A stretch of DNA of 64,000 bases from Planctomycetota bacterium. GTDB taxonomy: Bacteria > Planctomycetota > UBA1135 > UBA2386. Below the pieces are notes generated by a model that was not told the DNA's origin, ran no database searches, and saw only the letters and a list, made by a program, of their open reading frames with translations. The position numbers were made by a program, and so were the translations under genes. The first letter of the stretch is position 1. The number at the start of each line of letters is the position of its first letter. Location of the stretch: positions 3,328,001 through 3,392,000 of the forward strand of contig OZ245838.1 in NCBI GenBank assembly GCA_965228735.1, in the 5' to 3' direction. Positions 18,519 to 27,027 of the stretch are shown here, piece by piece.

Positions 18519-19978
18519 GCTCGCCGCCGGAACCGGAGACGCCGGCAACCGAAGCCCCGCAGGCGGGCGGGTTCTGGCATCACGTCAGGAGCAGCCTGCG
18601 CGGCGAGCAGCACGACTTCACCAAGGGCAGCCTGCCGAAGGCGATCCTGCTCCTCGCGGTGCCGATGGTGCTCGAGATGTCGCTCGAGTCGACGTTCGCG
18701 CTCGTCGACATCTGGTGGGTCAACCGCATCGACGACGGCTGGTTCGGCTCGACGCCGACGGACGGCGCCGCGGCCGCCGCGGTCGGCTCGACGGAGGCGA
18801 TGCTGTCGATCATCTACGCGATCGCGTTCGGCCTCGGCATGGCGGTGACTGCGATGGTCGCGCGCCGCGTCGGCGAGCAGGATCTGCCGGGTGCTGCGAC
18901 CGCGGGATCGCAGGCGATCGGGCTCGGCATCGCGCTCGGGGTGCTGATCGGTCTACCGTGCCTGTTCTTCGCCCCGGACCTGCTGCACTGGATGACGTCG
19001 GGCAACGCGGCCGTCGTCGAGACCGGCAGTGGCTACGCGCGCTGGATGCTCGGCGGCAACGTGATCATCACGCTGCTGTTCCTGCAGAACGCGATCTTCC
19101 GCGGCGCGGGCGATCCGATCCTCGCGCTCAAGACCCTCGCGGTCGCGAACGGCATCAACCTGATCCTCGATCCCTGCCTGCTGTTCGGCTGGGGACCGTT
19201 CCCGCAGCTCGGCGTCACGGGCGCCGGCGTCGCGACGACGATCGGTCGGTCGACCGCCGTGATCTACCAGTTCTGGCTGCTGCGCCACGGCAGCGGCCGC
19301 GTGAAGCTCGACCGACTCGTGCGCATCGATCTGCAGCCGATGCTGACGCTGGTGCGGCTGTCGTGGGGCACGATCGGGCAGTTCCTCATCGGCACGACGA
19401 GTTGGGTCGCACTCATGGCGTTCGTCAACTCGTTCGGCGAGGCCGAGGCCGCGGGCTACACGACGGCGATCCGCATCCTGTTGTTCTCGCTGCTGCCGGC
19501 CTGGGGCCTCGCGAACGCGGCCGCGACGCTCGTCGGCCAGAGCCTCGGCAGCAAGCAACCGGACCGCGCCGAGCGCGCGGTCTGGCTCACGGGCTTCTAC
19601 GACATGCTCTTCCTCGGCGGCGTGACGTTCGCGATGGTCATCTGGCCCGAGGAGATCGCCGCGCTGTTCGTCACCGATCCGACGATCGCCGGCCACTGCG
19701 TCGACACGATGCGGATCGTCGCGTCCGGCTACGTGTTCTACGCCTGGGGCATGGTCGCCGTGCAGTCGTTCAACGGCGCGGGCGACACGATCACCCCCAC
19801 CTGGCTGCACCTGATCTTCTTCTGGCTGCTCCAGATCCCGCTCGCCGCAATGCTCGCGTTCTGGGGCGAATGGGGCCTCCACGGCATCCTGTGGGCGATT
19901 CCGGTCTCGGAAGCGCTGTTCGCGATCGCCGCGGTCCTGCTCTTCCGCCGCGGCCGCTGGCGCACCGTGAAAGTCTGA
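18515..19978 (+). CDS. MATE family efflux transporter
   Basis: LAVPMVLE, FRGAGD, NLILDP, LGVTGAG, FNGAGDT; about 12 TM. Confidence 0.93.
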   Translation: MSSPPEPETPATEAPQAGGFWHHVRSSLRGEQHDFTKGSLPKAILLLAVPMVLEMSLESTFALVDIWWVNRIDDGWFGSTPTDGAAAAAVGSTEAMLSIIYAIAFGLGMAVTAMVARRVGEQDLPGAATAGSQAIGLGIALGVLIGLPCLFFAPDLLHWMTSGNAAVVETGSGYARWMLGGNVIITLLFLQNAIFRGAGDPILALKTLAVANGINLILDPCLLFGWGPFPQLGVTGAGVATTIGRSTAVIYQFWLLRHGSGRVKLDRLVRIDLQPMLTLVRLSWGTIGQFLIGTTSWVALMAFVNSFGEAEAAGYTTAIRILLFSLLPAWGLANAAATLVGQSLGSKQPDRAERAVWLTGFYDMLFLGGVTFAMVIWPEEIAALFVTDPTIAGHCVDTMRIVASGYVFYAWGMVAVQSFNGAGDTITPTWLHLIFFWLLQIPLAAMLAFWGEWGLHGILWAIPVSEALFAIAAVLLFRRGRWRTVKV

Positions 19979-19981
19979 ACG

Positions 19982-20104
19982 CCGATGGCGGTACCGAACC
20001 CGTTTCGAATCCGCCACGCCGCAGCCCGCCCGACCGCGATTCCCGCATCGACCTGACGCTACTCGCCGGTGGCGGAGCTGAAACGGGTTCGGTACGGCCA
20101 TCGG
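19982..20104. repeat. REP-doublet (REPIN/MITE-like) inverted-repeat element, copy 1
   Basis: Arm GGCGGTACCGAACCCGTTTCGAATCCGCCAC (19987-20017) with imperfect inverted copy at 20069-20104; same arm at 42053. Confidence 0.8.
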
Positions 20105-20146
20105 TGACGTGCAGCGGGCTACCTGGCGCGCTACCCTGTTCGGCCC

Positions 20147-20890
20147 ATGCAGACAGGCCTTCGCAAAGTCCTGATGGCGTCGTTGCTCGCGGCGTTCGTC
20201 GGGCAGACGACGCTGGTCTACGCGGACGACACCGCGGACCGCACGCCACCGCTCACGGGGGATGCGCTCCGTGGCCGCGAATTGTGGCACGAGCACAACT
20301 GCCAGGCGTGCCATCAGATCTACGGCTTCGGCGGCTTCCTCGGCCCCGACCTGACGAACGCGGGCTCGCGCCTCACGCAGTCGCGCTACGACGAGATCCT
20401 CACGCAGGGGAACGCGCAGATGCCGGCGTTCCACCTGGAGCCGGGCGAGATCAACGCGATCAAGGCGTTCCTCGTCGCGCTCGACAAGACCGGCATCGGC
20501 GTGCCGCGCGCGACGCTGCCGCCCGAACCCGCGAAGGTCTACGACGCGCTCACCGAGCTCACGGCCAACGCCGATTCCAACGTGCAGCAGGGCCTGCAGC
20601 AGTTCCGCGCGATCTGCGCCGCGTGCCACACGCCGCTGTGCGCGACGCCGCTCGGCCCCAACACCGCGCCCGATCTCAGTGACGTTTGCGACCGGCTCGA
20701 CAACGCGGCGATCGCCAAGGTGATCGCGGAAGGGCGACCGCTCCGCGGCATGCCGCCATGGCCCCTCGGCGACGTCATCGGCGAACAGCTCGTGCCGTTC
20801 CTCGAGTGGCTGCGTGACAACCGCGCGACGCTGCGCGACTCGGTCGGTGATGCCACGCGCTCGGGCCTGCCCTGGTGGGAGTTCAAATGA
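20147..20890 (+). CDS. membrane-anchored diheme cytochrome c, NorC-like
   Basis: GRELWHEHNCQACHQIYGFGGFLGPDLTN...MP resembles NorC; second heme CAACH..APDL..GMP. Confidence 0.85.
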   Translation: MQTGLRKVLMASLLAAFVGQTTLVYADDTADRTPPLTGDALRGRELWHEHNCQACHQIYGFGGFLGPDLTNAGSRLTQSRYDEILTQGNAQMPAFHLEPGEINAIKAFLVALDKTGIGVPRATLPPEPAKVYDALTELTANADSNVQQGLQQFRAICAACHTPLCATPLGPNTAPDLSDVCDRLDNAAIAKVIAEGRPLRGMPPWPLGDVIGEQLVPFLEWLRDNRATLRDSVGDATRSGLPWWEFK

Positions 20891-22305
20891 CCAGCACCGC
20901 TGACCCTTCCACGGCCACGCAGCCACTCGGCGATTCGCCGACGCCGGCCGCGACCGACGAGACCCCGCGATGTGATGCGACCGTCGTCACATCGCTCAAG
21001 ATGGCGCTGTCGTGCATCGTGCTCGCGGTGATCGGCGGCGCGGTCGCCGCGCTGCACTACATCCCGTCGCTGTCGACCGCGCTCAACGACCTCGGGCTCG
21101 GCCTCGCGCAGCTGCGACCGATCCACACGTCGTTCGCCTCGCTCTGGATCTTCGGCGGCTCGATCGCCGTCGTCTATCACTGGCTCTCGACGACGAACGG
21201 CGGACTCACGGCCGGCGACCGTGGGCGCTTCAAGTTCCACACGGTCTGCTGGATCCTCGCCGGCCTCGGCATCTTCGTTTCTCTGTTCGCCGGCGTGTCG
21301 TCGGGCCGCGAGTACCTCGGCTTCCACCCCGCGTTCAGCGCCGTGCTGCTGTTCGGCTGGCTCGCGTTCGCGTGGAACTTCCTGCGTCGTCTGCGCCACG
21401 GGTTCTGGGCCCAGCCGATCTACCTGTGGTTCTGGACGATCGGCACGCTGTTCTTCGTCTACACGTTCGTCGAGGGCCACAGCTACCTGCTGCCCGCCGT
21501 GTTCGAGCAGCCCGTGCGCGACCTGCAGGTGCAGTGGAAGTCGTGCGGCACGCTCGTCGGCTCGTTCAACTTCATGATGTACGGCTCGCTGACGTACATC
21601 GGCGAGAAGCTGTCGGGCGACAAGGGCTACGCGCAGTCCCCTACCGCATTCTGGCTGTTCGGCGTCGGCTGCCTCAACAGCTTCACCAACTACGCGCACC
21701 ACACCTACCACCTGCCGCAGGACACGACGATCAAGTGGATCGCGTTCCTCGTGTCGATGGCCGAGGTGATCATCCTGTTCAAGATCATGTTCGATCTCGG
21801 CAAGATGGTGCGAGTCAGGGAGAAGAAGCCGTTCTGCGGCCGCGGCAGCTGGCTCACCCACGCCAAGTGGTGGACGGGCGCCATGCTCCTCACGTCGATC
21901 GTGATCTCGGTGCCCAACCTCAACAGCGTCGTGCACGGCACGCACGTGATCGTCGGTCACGCGATGGGCGCGACGATCGGCATCGACACGCTCGTGCTGC
22001 TCGGCTGCGCGAGCTGGCTGATCTGCGAGTATCGCGGTGAACGCGGCATCGCGACGATGAACGCGCCGCTGACCAGACGGGTCCTGCACGGCATCAGCCT
22101 CGCGCTCGCCGTGCTCGTCATCTGGCTCAGCGTGGCCGGCACCGCGCACGGCTGGACCCGCTTCCACGGCGAAGCGACGCCGCAGTGGGTCGTCGACAGC
22201 CGCTTCGTGCTGCCGGTGTTCGGCTCGCTGCTCGGAGTGTGCCTGCTCGTCGGAGCGTTCCGGATGCTGGGTCTGCTGCGCGGGAAGAGCGTGGCGGGGT
22301 CGTGA
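20887..22305 (+). CDS. divergent heme-copper oxidase superfamily subunit I, NorB-related
   Basis: About 12 TM; LRPIHT, GREY, AHHTYH, SMAE, HGTHVIVGHAM in NorB order; ATGA coupling to cytochrome c. Confidence 0.85.
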   Translation: MTSTADPSTATQPLGDSPTPAATDETPRCDATVVTSLKMALSCIVLAVIGGAVAALHYIPSLSTALNDLGLGLAQLRPIHTSFASLWIFGGSIAVVYHWLSTTNGGLTAGDRGRFKFHTVCWILAGLGIFVSLFAGVSSGREYLGFHPAFSAVLLFGWLAFAWNFLRRLRHGFWAQPIYLWFWTIGTLFFVYTFVEGHSYLLPAVFEQPVRDLQVQWKSCGTLVGSFNFMMYGSLTYIGEKLSGDKGYAQSPTAFWLFGVGCLNSFTNYAHHTYHLPQDTTIKWIAFLVSMAEVIILFKIMFDLGKMVRVREKKPFCGRGSWLTHAKWWTGAMLLTSIVISVPNLNSVVHGTHVIVGHAMGATIGIDTLVLLGCASWLICEYRGERGIATMNAPLTRRVLHGISLALAVLVIWLSVAGTAHGWTRFHGEATPQWVVDSRFVLPVFGSLLGVCLLVGAFRMLGLLRGKSVAGS

Positions 22306-22353
22306 CGTGTAGCGGCTCGATCGCCGACGCGCGCGAACGGCCGCAGCGCCGCG

Positions 22354-22917
22354 CTACGGCGCCCGGACGATCTCGTCACACAGCGCAGCACACGCGCGCA
22401 GCAGATCGCCGTAGAACCCGGGGCCGGCGTTCGGCGCCGACGACTTGCTGACCCACGCGAGGTGCGTGCTCGCGAACTTCCCAGCAAACTCCGCGTCGCG
22501 ATCCCGCAGCTCGGCCCACAGCGTCAACAGACACCCGAGGTGATCCGGCGGTGCCCCGCGCGCGCCGGCCGCGAGCTGCAGACCGAGTCCTTCGGCGACG
22601 CGCCGAACGTCGACCGCGGCGTCACCGTCGTACTTGCCTTCCCGCCACAGCGAATGCACGAGCGGCGGCCGCCCCGCGGGCTGCAGCACCGTCTGGAAGA
22701 ACTCGGCACCGAGCTCATCCAGGTCGTCGGACTCGGGCAGCGTGACCCCGGCTTCTGCCAGAGCACCCGCCACGTCGGGCGCGCGCAGCTCCGCGAGCGA
22801 CTCGGCATCGAGCTCGCGCAGCAGCAGCCGGCCGAACAGCCGCGCCACGAACGTGCGCGGATCGGTCGCCGGCGTCGGCGCTCCTTCGGCGCCGGCCGAG
22901 GTTTCGGGCTCGCTCAC
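22354..22917 (-). CDS. TorD/DmsD family molybdoenzyme chaperone
   Basis: PLVHSLW, PPDHLG, THLAW, PGFYG; GTG 22917 overlaps stop of Mo subunit. Confidence 0.85.
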   Translation of the reverse strand: MSEPETSAGAEGAPTPATDPRTFVARLFGRLLLRELDAESLAELRAPDVAGALAEAGVTLPESDDLDELGAEFFQTVLQPAGRPPLVHSLWREGKYDGDAAVDVRRVAEGLGLQLAAGARGAPPDHLGCLLTLWAELRDRDAEFAGKFASTHLAWVSKSSAPNAGPGFYGDLLRACAALCDEIVRAP

Positions 22918-25748
22918 GTGACCTTGCGAACCGTCACGACCGTGTCGTTGAACGCCTGCTGGCCGGAGATCGGATCCGGGCAGATCGGCAGCACGTTGTT
23001 CTGCGCCCAACCCGGCCCGGTGTTGCGAACCCACTTCTTCGGATCGCCGCCGGAGCGGTCCTCCCACCACATGTTGCGCTCCCAGTCCGGGTCGCGCATT
23101 TCCTGGTTCTGCATGCCGGCGGCCTCGGAACCGAGGTCGCGCTTCTGCTTCGCCATCGCGACGCTCGTGTAGGCGCTGTGCCCGAGCGAGTTGCTGATCG
23201 CGATCGCGCGCGGGTGGACGGCCTTGGTCACGACGACCGGGATCTGCAGCTTCCGACTGATCTCGCCGTCGCCGAGGCCGAGCTGCGGCGAGATCTTGTG
23301 CAGCATCTTGCTGCGGTAGCCGGTGAGCTCGACGAAGTCGCCGCTCTTCAGCCCGAACCGCTTCGCCGTGTCCGGATGGATCCACGCCGGGTTGCTGTGG
23401 ACGATCTCGCTGCACCACTTGAGGTTCGCCGTGCGCCCGTGGTTGTGCACGTTCCACTTGAACGACGTCATGATGAGCTGGTCGTCACGCATGCCGACGT
23501 GCTCGTCGATCTGGCGGTACGTCGGCCACTCGGGGATCTCGACGTCGTTGCCCTTGTGGTAGCCGGGGCGGTTCTTGCCCTTGCTGTTGGCGAGCGCGGT
23601 CAGCTCGGACGTGTCCTCGTTGCGCCCCGTCATCGCGACGAACTTGGACCGCACCTCGAGCTTGCGCGACGGCGTCTTGAAGCCGCGCACGGCCACGCCG
23701 TCGTGCATGATGCCGATGCCCTTGCCGTCCTTGGTGATGATGCCGGTCTTTGGATCGGTCGCGCTGCCGTCGAGTTCGTCCGCTGACAGCTTCGCCATGT
23801 AGGGCTCGTAGTACGGCTTCTGGTTGGGATCCTCCCACGCACCGACATCCTCGAGGAACTCGAACGCCGAGGCGTACTTCGACCCGTCGTGCGGCACGTC
23901 CTTGACGAACTCCCGCATGTAGTCCTCGGTCGTCCGCTCCGGATAGTACTTCGCCGCCTCGCCGCCGACGCGCCGCGCGATCTCGGGAAAGATCTCGCGC
24001 ACGTCCTTGGCCTCGCCCAGCGGCGCCACCATCGGCCGGCGCATCGAGATGTACGGCTTGAGGTTGTAGGCCCCGCGCGCATCGACGTCCCAGCGCTCCA
24101 TGAACGTCGTCCACGGCAGCACCATGTCGGCGTAGGTCCCCGTCTCGTTGAGGAACGGGTTGATGCAGACGTGGAAACCGATCTTGTCCTCGTCGAGCAG
24201 GACGTTCTGCGTGACGTCCATCTCGGGCCACGTGAGCGGCGAGTCGAGGTTGTAGGTCATGTAGACCTGGATCTTGCGGCGCTCCTGCTTCAGGTACCAG
24301 TAGACCAGCTCGCCGACCTTCATCTTGTTCCAGACGTTCGCGAGCGCGATCTCGGGCGGGTCCGCGAGCAGCGACGGCGTCTTCGGCTTGGGCGCGGCCT
24401 TCGGCGGCTTGAACCGCTTGTTGTCGTAGCCGCCCGTGAACATCCAGCACCAGCCGCCGACCTTGCCGACCGAACCGACCAGCACGTTGAGCAGCCCGAT
24501 CGCGCGGTCGTTGTAGTAGCCGTTCATGTGCGCCGAGCTGCCGCGATTGCACATCGTCGTCGCGAGCGGCGCCGCGGCCGCGAACTCGCGCGCGATGCGG
24601 CGGATGTCCTTCGCCGGCACCGTGCTCTTCTGCTCGGCCCACTCCGGCGTGAACTCGGCCAACTCGGCCTTCAGCTCGTCGACCGAGCAGTTGGCCCAAT
24701 CGCCGAAGAACTTCGCGTCGTAGAGATCCTCGCTGAGGATCGTGTGCGCCATCGCGAGCGCGACCGCGCCGTCCGTGCCGGGCGCCGGCATGAAGAACTC
24801 GTCGCTGTTGCCCGCCGTGTTGGACATGCGGACGTCGAACGTGACGAACTTGGCGCCGTTCTTGAAGCGCCCGCGCTGGATGCGCTGCGCGCCCGCGACG
24901 TGACCCTGATGCGCCTCGAACATGTTCGAGCCGAAGTTGAGGATGTACTTCGCGCGTTCGTAGTCGCCGAGATCCCAGTCGCTCTCGAACAGATACGTGA
25001 GGTTGGCCGCGCGCCGCGCCGCCGAGCACAGCCCGCGGTGATTGAGCGCCGTGTTGGTCTGCATCGCGTTGAGGAACGCCCCCACCGCGTCCTTGCTGCG
25101 GTTGCGACCCTGGTGGAACGCGAACTCCTCGTGCTTGCCCTCGTCGTGCACCTTCTTGATCCGGCGCCCGATCTCGTCGAACGCCTCGTCCCAGGTGATG
25201 CGCCGCCACTTGCCTTCACCGCGCTTACCGACGCGCTTCAGCGGGTAGAGCAGGCGCTCGGGGTGGTACTGGTGATTGAGCGCAGCCTGCCCGCGCGCGC
25301 ACAGCCGCCCGCGCGAGTTGGGGTCGTTGGGATTGCCGTCGACCTTGAGGATGCGGCCGTCCTTCACCCAGCCCGTGATCCCGCAGATCGTCGAGCACAG
25401 CTGACACAGGCCGTGCACCGCCTTGGCCCCCTTGTACTTGTCGGGGTCGGGGAACTTGTGCTTCTTGTTCGGCCCGGGCAGCTCGCACACGCCCGGCACC
25501 TTCATGCCCGTGAGCTCGTAGGGCACACCGCGGCCCTGCTCCCAGATGGCCATGCTCTCGGCCTTGGTCGCCGGCGCGCGGCCGCCGCCAGGACCCTGAC
25601 CCTTCGGAGCACCCGCGCAGCCGGCAACCGAACCGGCCGCGAGCACCCCGGCGAGACGGAAGAACCCGCGGCGCGTCGGGGCGCCTGCCGCTTTCGGCGA
25701 GGGAACGGGACCGGTGTCGGGACCACGACTGTCGGTGGGCGCGCTCAC
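22914..25748 (-). CDS. Tat-exported Mo/W-bisPGD oxidoreductase catalytic subunit (Psr/Ttr/Arr clade, substrate unassigned)
   Basis: TRRGFF; CQLCSTIC..GRLCARG 4Fe-4S; ERLLYPLKR; NHRGLCS; ETGTYADMVLP; C-terminal WIHPDTA, DPISG. Confidence 0.92.
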   Translation of the reverse strand: MSAPTDSRGPDTGPVPSPKAAGAPTRRGFFRLAGVLAAGSVAGCAGAPKGQGPGGGRAPATKAESMAIWEQGRGVPYELTGMKVPGVCELPGPNKKHKFPDPDKYKGAKAVHGLCQLCSTICGITGWVKDGRILKVDGNPNDPNSRGRLCARGQAALNHQYHPERLLYPLKRVGKRGEGKWRRITWDEAFDEIGRRIKKVHDEGKHEEFAFHQGRNRSKDAVGAFLNAMQTNTALNHRGLCSAARRAANLTYLFESDWDLGDYERAKYILNFGSNMFEAHQGHVAGAQRIQRGRFKNGAKFVTFDVRMSNTAGNSDEFFMPAPGTDGAVALAMAHTILSEDLYDAKFFGDWANCSVDELKAELAEFTPEWAEQKSTVPAKDIRRIAREFAAAAPLATTMCNRGSSAHMNGYYNDRAIGLLNVLVGSVGKVGGWCWMFTGGYDNKRFKPPKAAPKPKTPSLLADPPEIALANVWNKMKVGELVYWYLKQERRKIQVYMTYNLDSPLTWPEMDVTQNVLLDEDKIGFHVCINPFLNETGTYADMVLPWTTFMERWDVDARGAYNLKPYISMRRPMVAPLGEAKDVREIFPEIARRVGGEAAKYYPERTTEDYMREFVKDVPHDGSKYASAFEFLEDVGAWEDPNQKPYYEPYMAKLSADELDGSATDPKTGIITKDGKGIGIMHDGVAVRGFKTPSRKLEVRSKFVAMTGRNEDTSELTALANSKGKNRPGYHKGNDVEIPEWPTYRQIDEHVGMRDDQLIMTSFKWNVHNHGRTANLKWCSEIVHSNPAWIHPDTAKRFGLKSGDFVELTGYRSKMLHKISPQLGLGDGEISRKLQIPVVVTKAVHPRAIAISNSLGHSAYTSVAMAKQKRDLGSEAAGMQNQEMRDPDWERNMWWEDRSGGDPKKWVRNTGPGWAQNNVLPICPDPISGQQAFNDTVVTVRKVT

Positions 25749-26722
25749 TTCTCACCTCCCGGGCCGAGCGGCCCCTCGTTGTGCTTCTTCTCCTGCCACT
25801 GATAGACGCTGTAGGCCTCGGGGTCGTAACTCTGCCCCTCGCGCGGGACCTTCGGCTCCCACTCGCTGACCGGCCGATCCTTGCTCGCGGCGAACCACAT
25901 GCGCGGCTTCGTGCCCTTCTCCGGCCGCAGCTGCTCGAGCACACCTTCGGACTCGAGCTGGCTCTTCATCTTGCTGACGTCGGAGTTCGGGTCGTTGAGG
26001 TCGCCGAAGTAGAGCGCCTCGCTCGGGCACGTCGACTGACACGGCGGCGCCATGCCCATGTCGACGCGGTGCGTGCAGTTGTGACACTTCACCGCCTGAT
26101 TGGCGACCGGGTCGATGTAGATCGCACCGTACGGGCAGGCCTCCTTGCAGGCGCCGTGACCCGAACACACGTCGTAGTCGACCGCGACCGTGCCGCCGGA
26201 TGCCTTGTGCAGCGCGCCGCACGGGCACGCCTTGAGGCACGGCGCGTCCTCGCAGTGCTGACACGCCATCGGCACCATGATGCGCGCCATGCCGTCGCCG
26301 GTGCCGCCATCGCCACTCTTCTCGTAGTCGTGGTAGATCGTCTGGCGGATGTAGTTGCCGAGCGGGACGTCGTTCTCCGCCTTGCACGCGACCTCGCAGC
26401 CGTGACAGCCGAAGCACCGGCGCGCGTCGACGACCCAACCGTACTTCTTGCCGTCGTCGGGCGCCTGCATGCGATCGCGCCAGTGCTCTTCGGCGAGGAA
26501 GAGATCGGACCGCACGTTGTCCTGGCCCTGCGGGGACTGCGCCGACACGGCACCCGCACCGAGGGCAGCGGCGCCACCGGCCAGGAACTGGCGCCGATCG
26601 CGGATCGACGCCTGCCGATCGGGGGTCGACGCCGAACTATCCGTCTTGGACTCGGACGCCGCCTGATCGGGCGCTGGACTCGTCTCGCACCGGCAACCCG
26701 GGCGTTGGCAACGGTTCTGCAT
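25745..26722 (-). CDS. 4Fe-4S ferredoxin subunit (DmsB/TtrB/NrfC type) with its own Tat motif
   Basis: DRRQFL; CFGCHGCEVAC, CQHCEDAPCLKAC, CSGHGACKEAC, CHNC..PPCQSTC. Confidence 0.92.
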   Translation of the reverse strand: MQNRCQRPGCRCETSPAPDQAASESKTDSSASTPDRQASIRDRRQFLAGGAAALGAGAVSAQSPQGQDNVRSDLFLAEEHWRDRMQAPDDGKKYGWVVDARRCFGCHGCEVACKAENDVPLGNYIRQTIYHDYEKSGDGGTGDGMARIMVPMACQHCEDAPCLKACPCGALHKASGGTVAVDYDVCSGHGACKEACPYGAIYIDPVANQAVKCHNCTHRVDMGMAPPCQSTCPSEALYFGDLNDPNSDVSKMKSQLESEGVLEQLRPEKGTKPRMWFAASKDRPVSEWEPKVPREGQSYDPEAYSVYQWQEKKHNEGPLGPGGEK

Positions 26723-26944
26723 CTGTAAGTTGTCCTAGCTGTGCGGCCATCAGGGGCTCAACAGGCGAAAGACAACTCCGAAGGAGCACGACCGTGCCGA
26801 GACCGTCAGGCCAACGGCACTCAGCCGAAGGGAAGGCGGCCGTCGGAAAGGCGGCCGTAGGGAACGGGATCGACCTGCACCGCGCCGCTGCTCCGCCCGG
26901 CGAACGGGCCGGATGGTCGGATCGTGGTGCGCTCCATGCCTGTG

Positions 26945-26973
26945 GTTATGGCGGGTCGTAGCTCCCACGGCAA
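26945..26973 (-). promoter_or_regulatory. candidate sigma70-type promoter of the molybdoenzyme operon
   Basis: TTGCCG-N17-CATAAC on minus strand; palindrome GCGTCCC-A-GGGACGC at 26983-26997 just upstream. Confidence 0.45.
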
Positions 26974-27027
26974 GGGGGCGACGCGTCCCAGGGACGCAAC
27001 GCCCGATTCCTCCTCACGTCGCGTTCC

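Noticed and set aside
20887..22305. Naming as norB, ccoN or NO dismutase (nod)
   Set aside because: Ligand set matches none: no helix VI His, HAM in helix X; Nod is qNOR-like and single-subunit whereas this has a NorC-like partner
22914..25748. Naming as arrA, arxA, psrA or ttrA
   Set aside because: Diagnostic active-site strings do not match from memory and there is no anchor subunit or ars context; needs phylogeny
26966..27004. GGCAA...GGGACGCAA resemblance to a c-di-GMP-I riboswitch
   Set aside because: Lacks the GNRA-capped P2 and the second stem, and is on the strand with no downstream gene; better explained as a DNA palindrome
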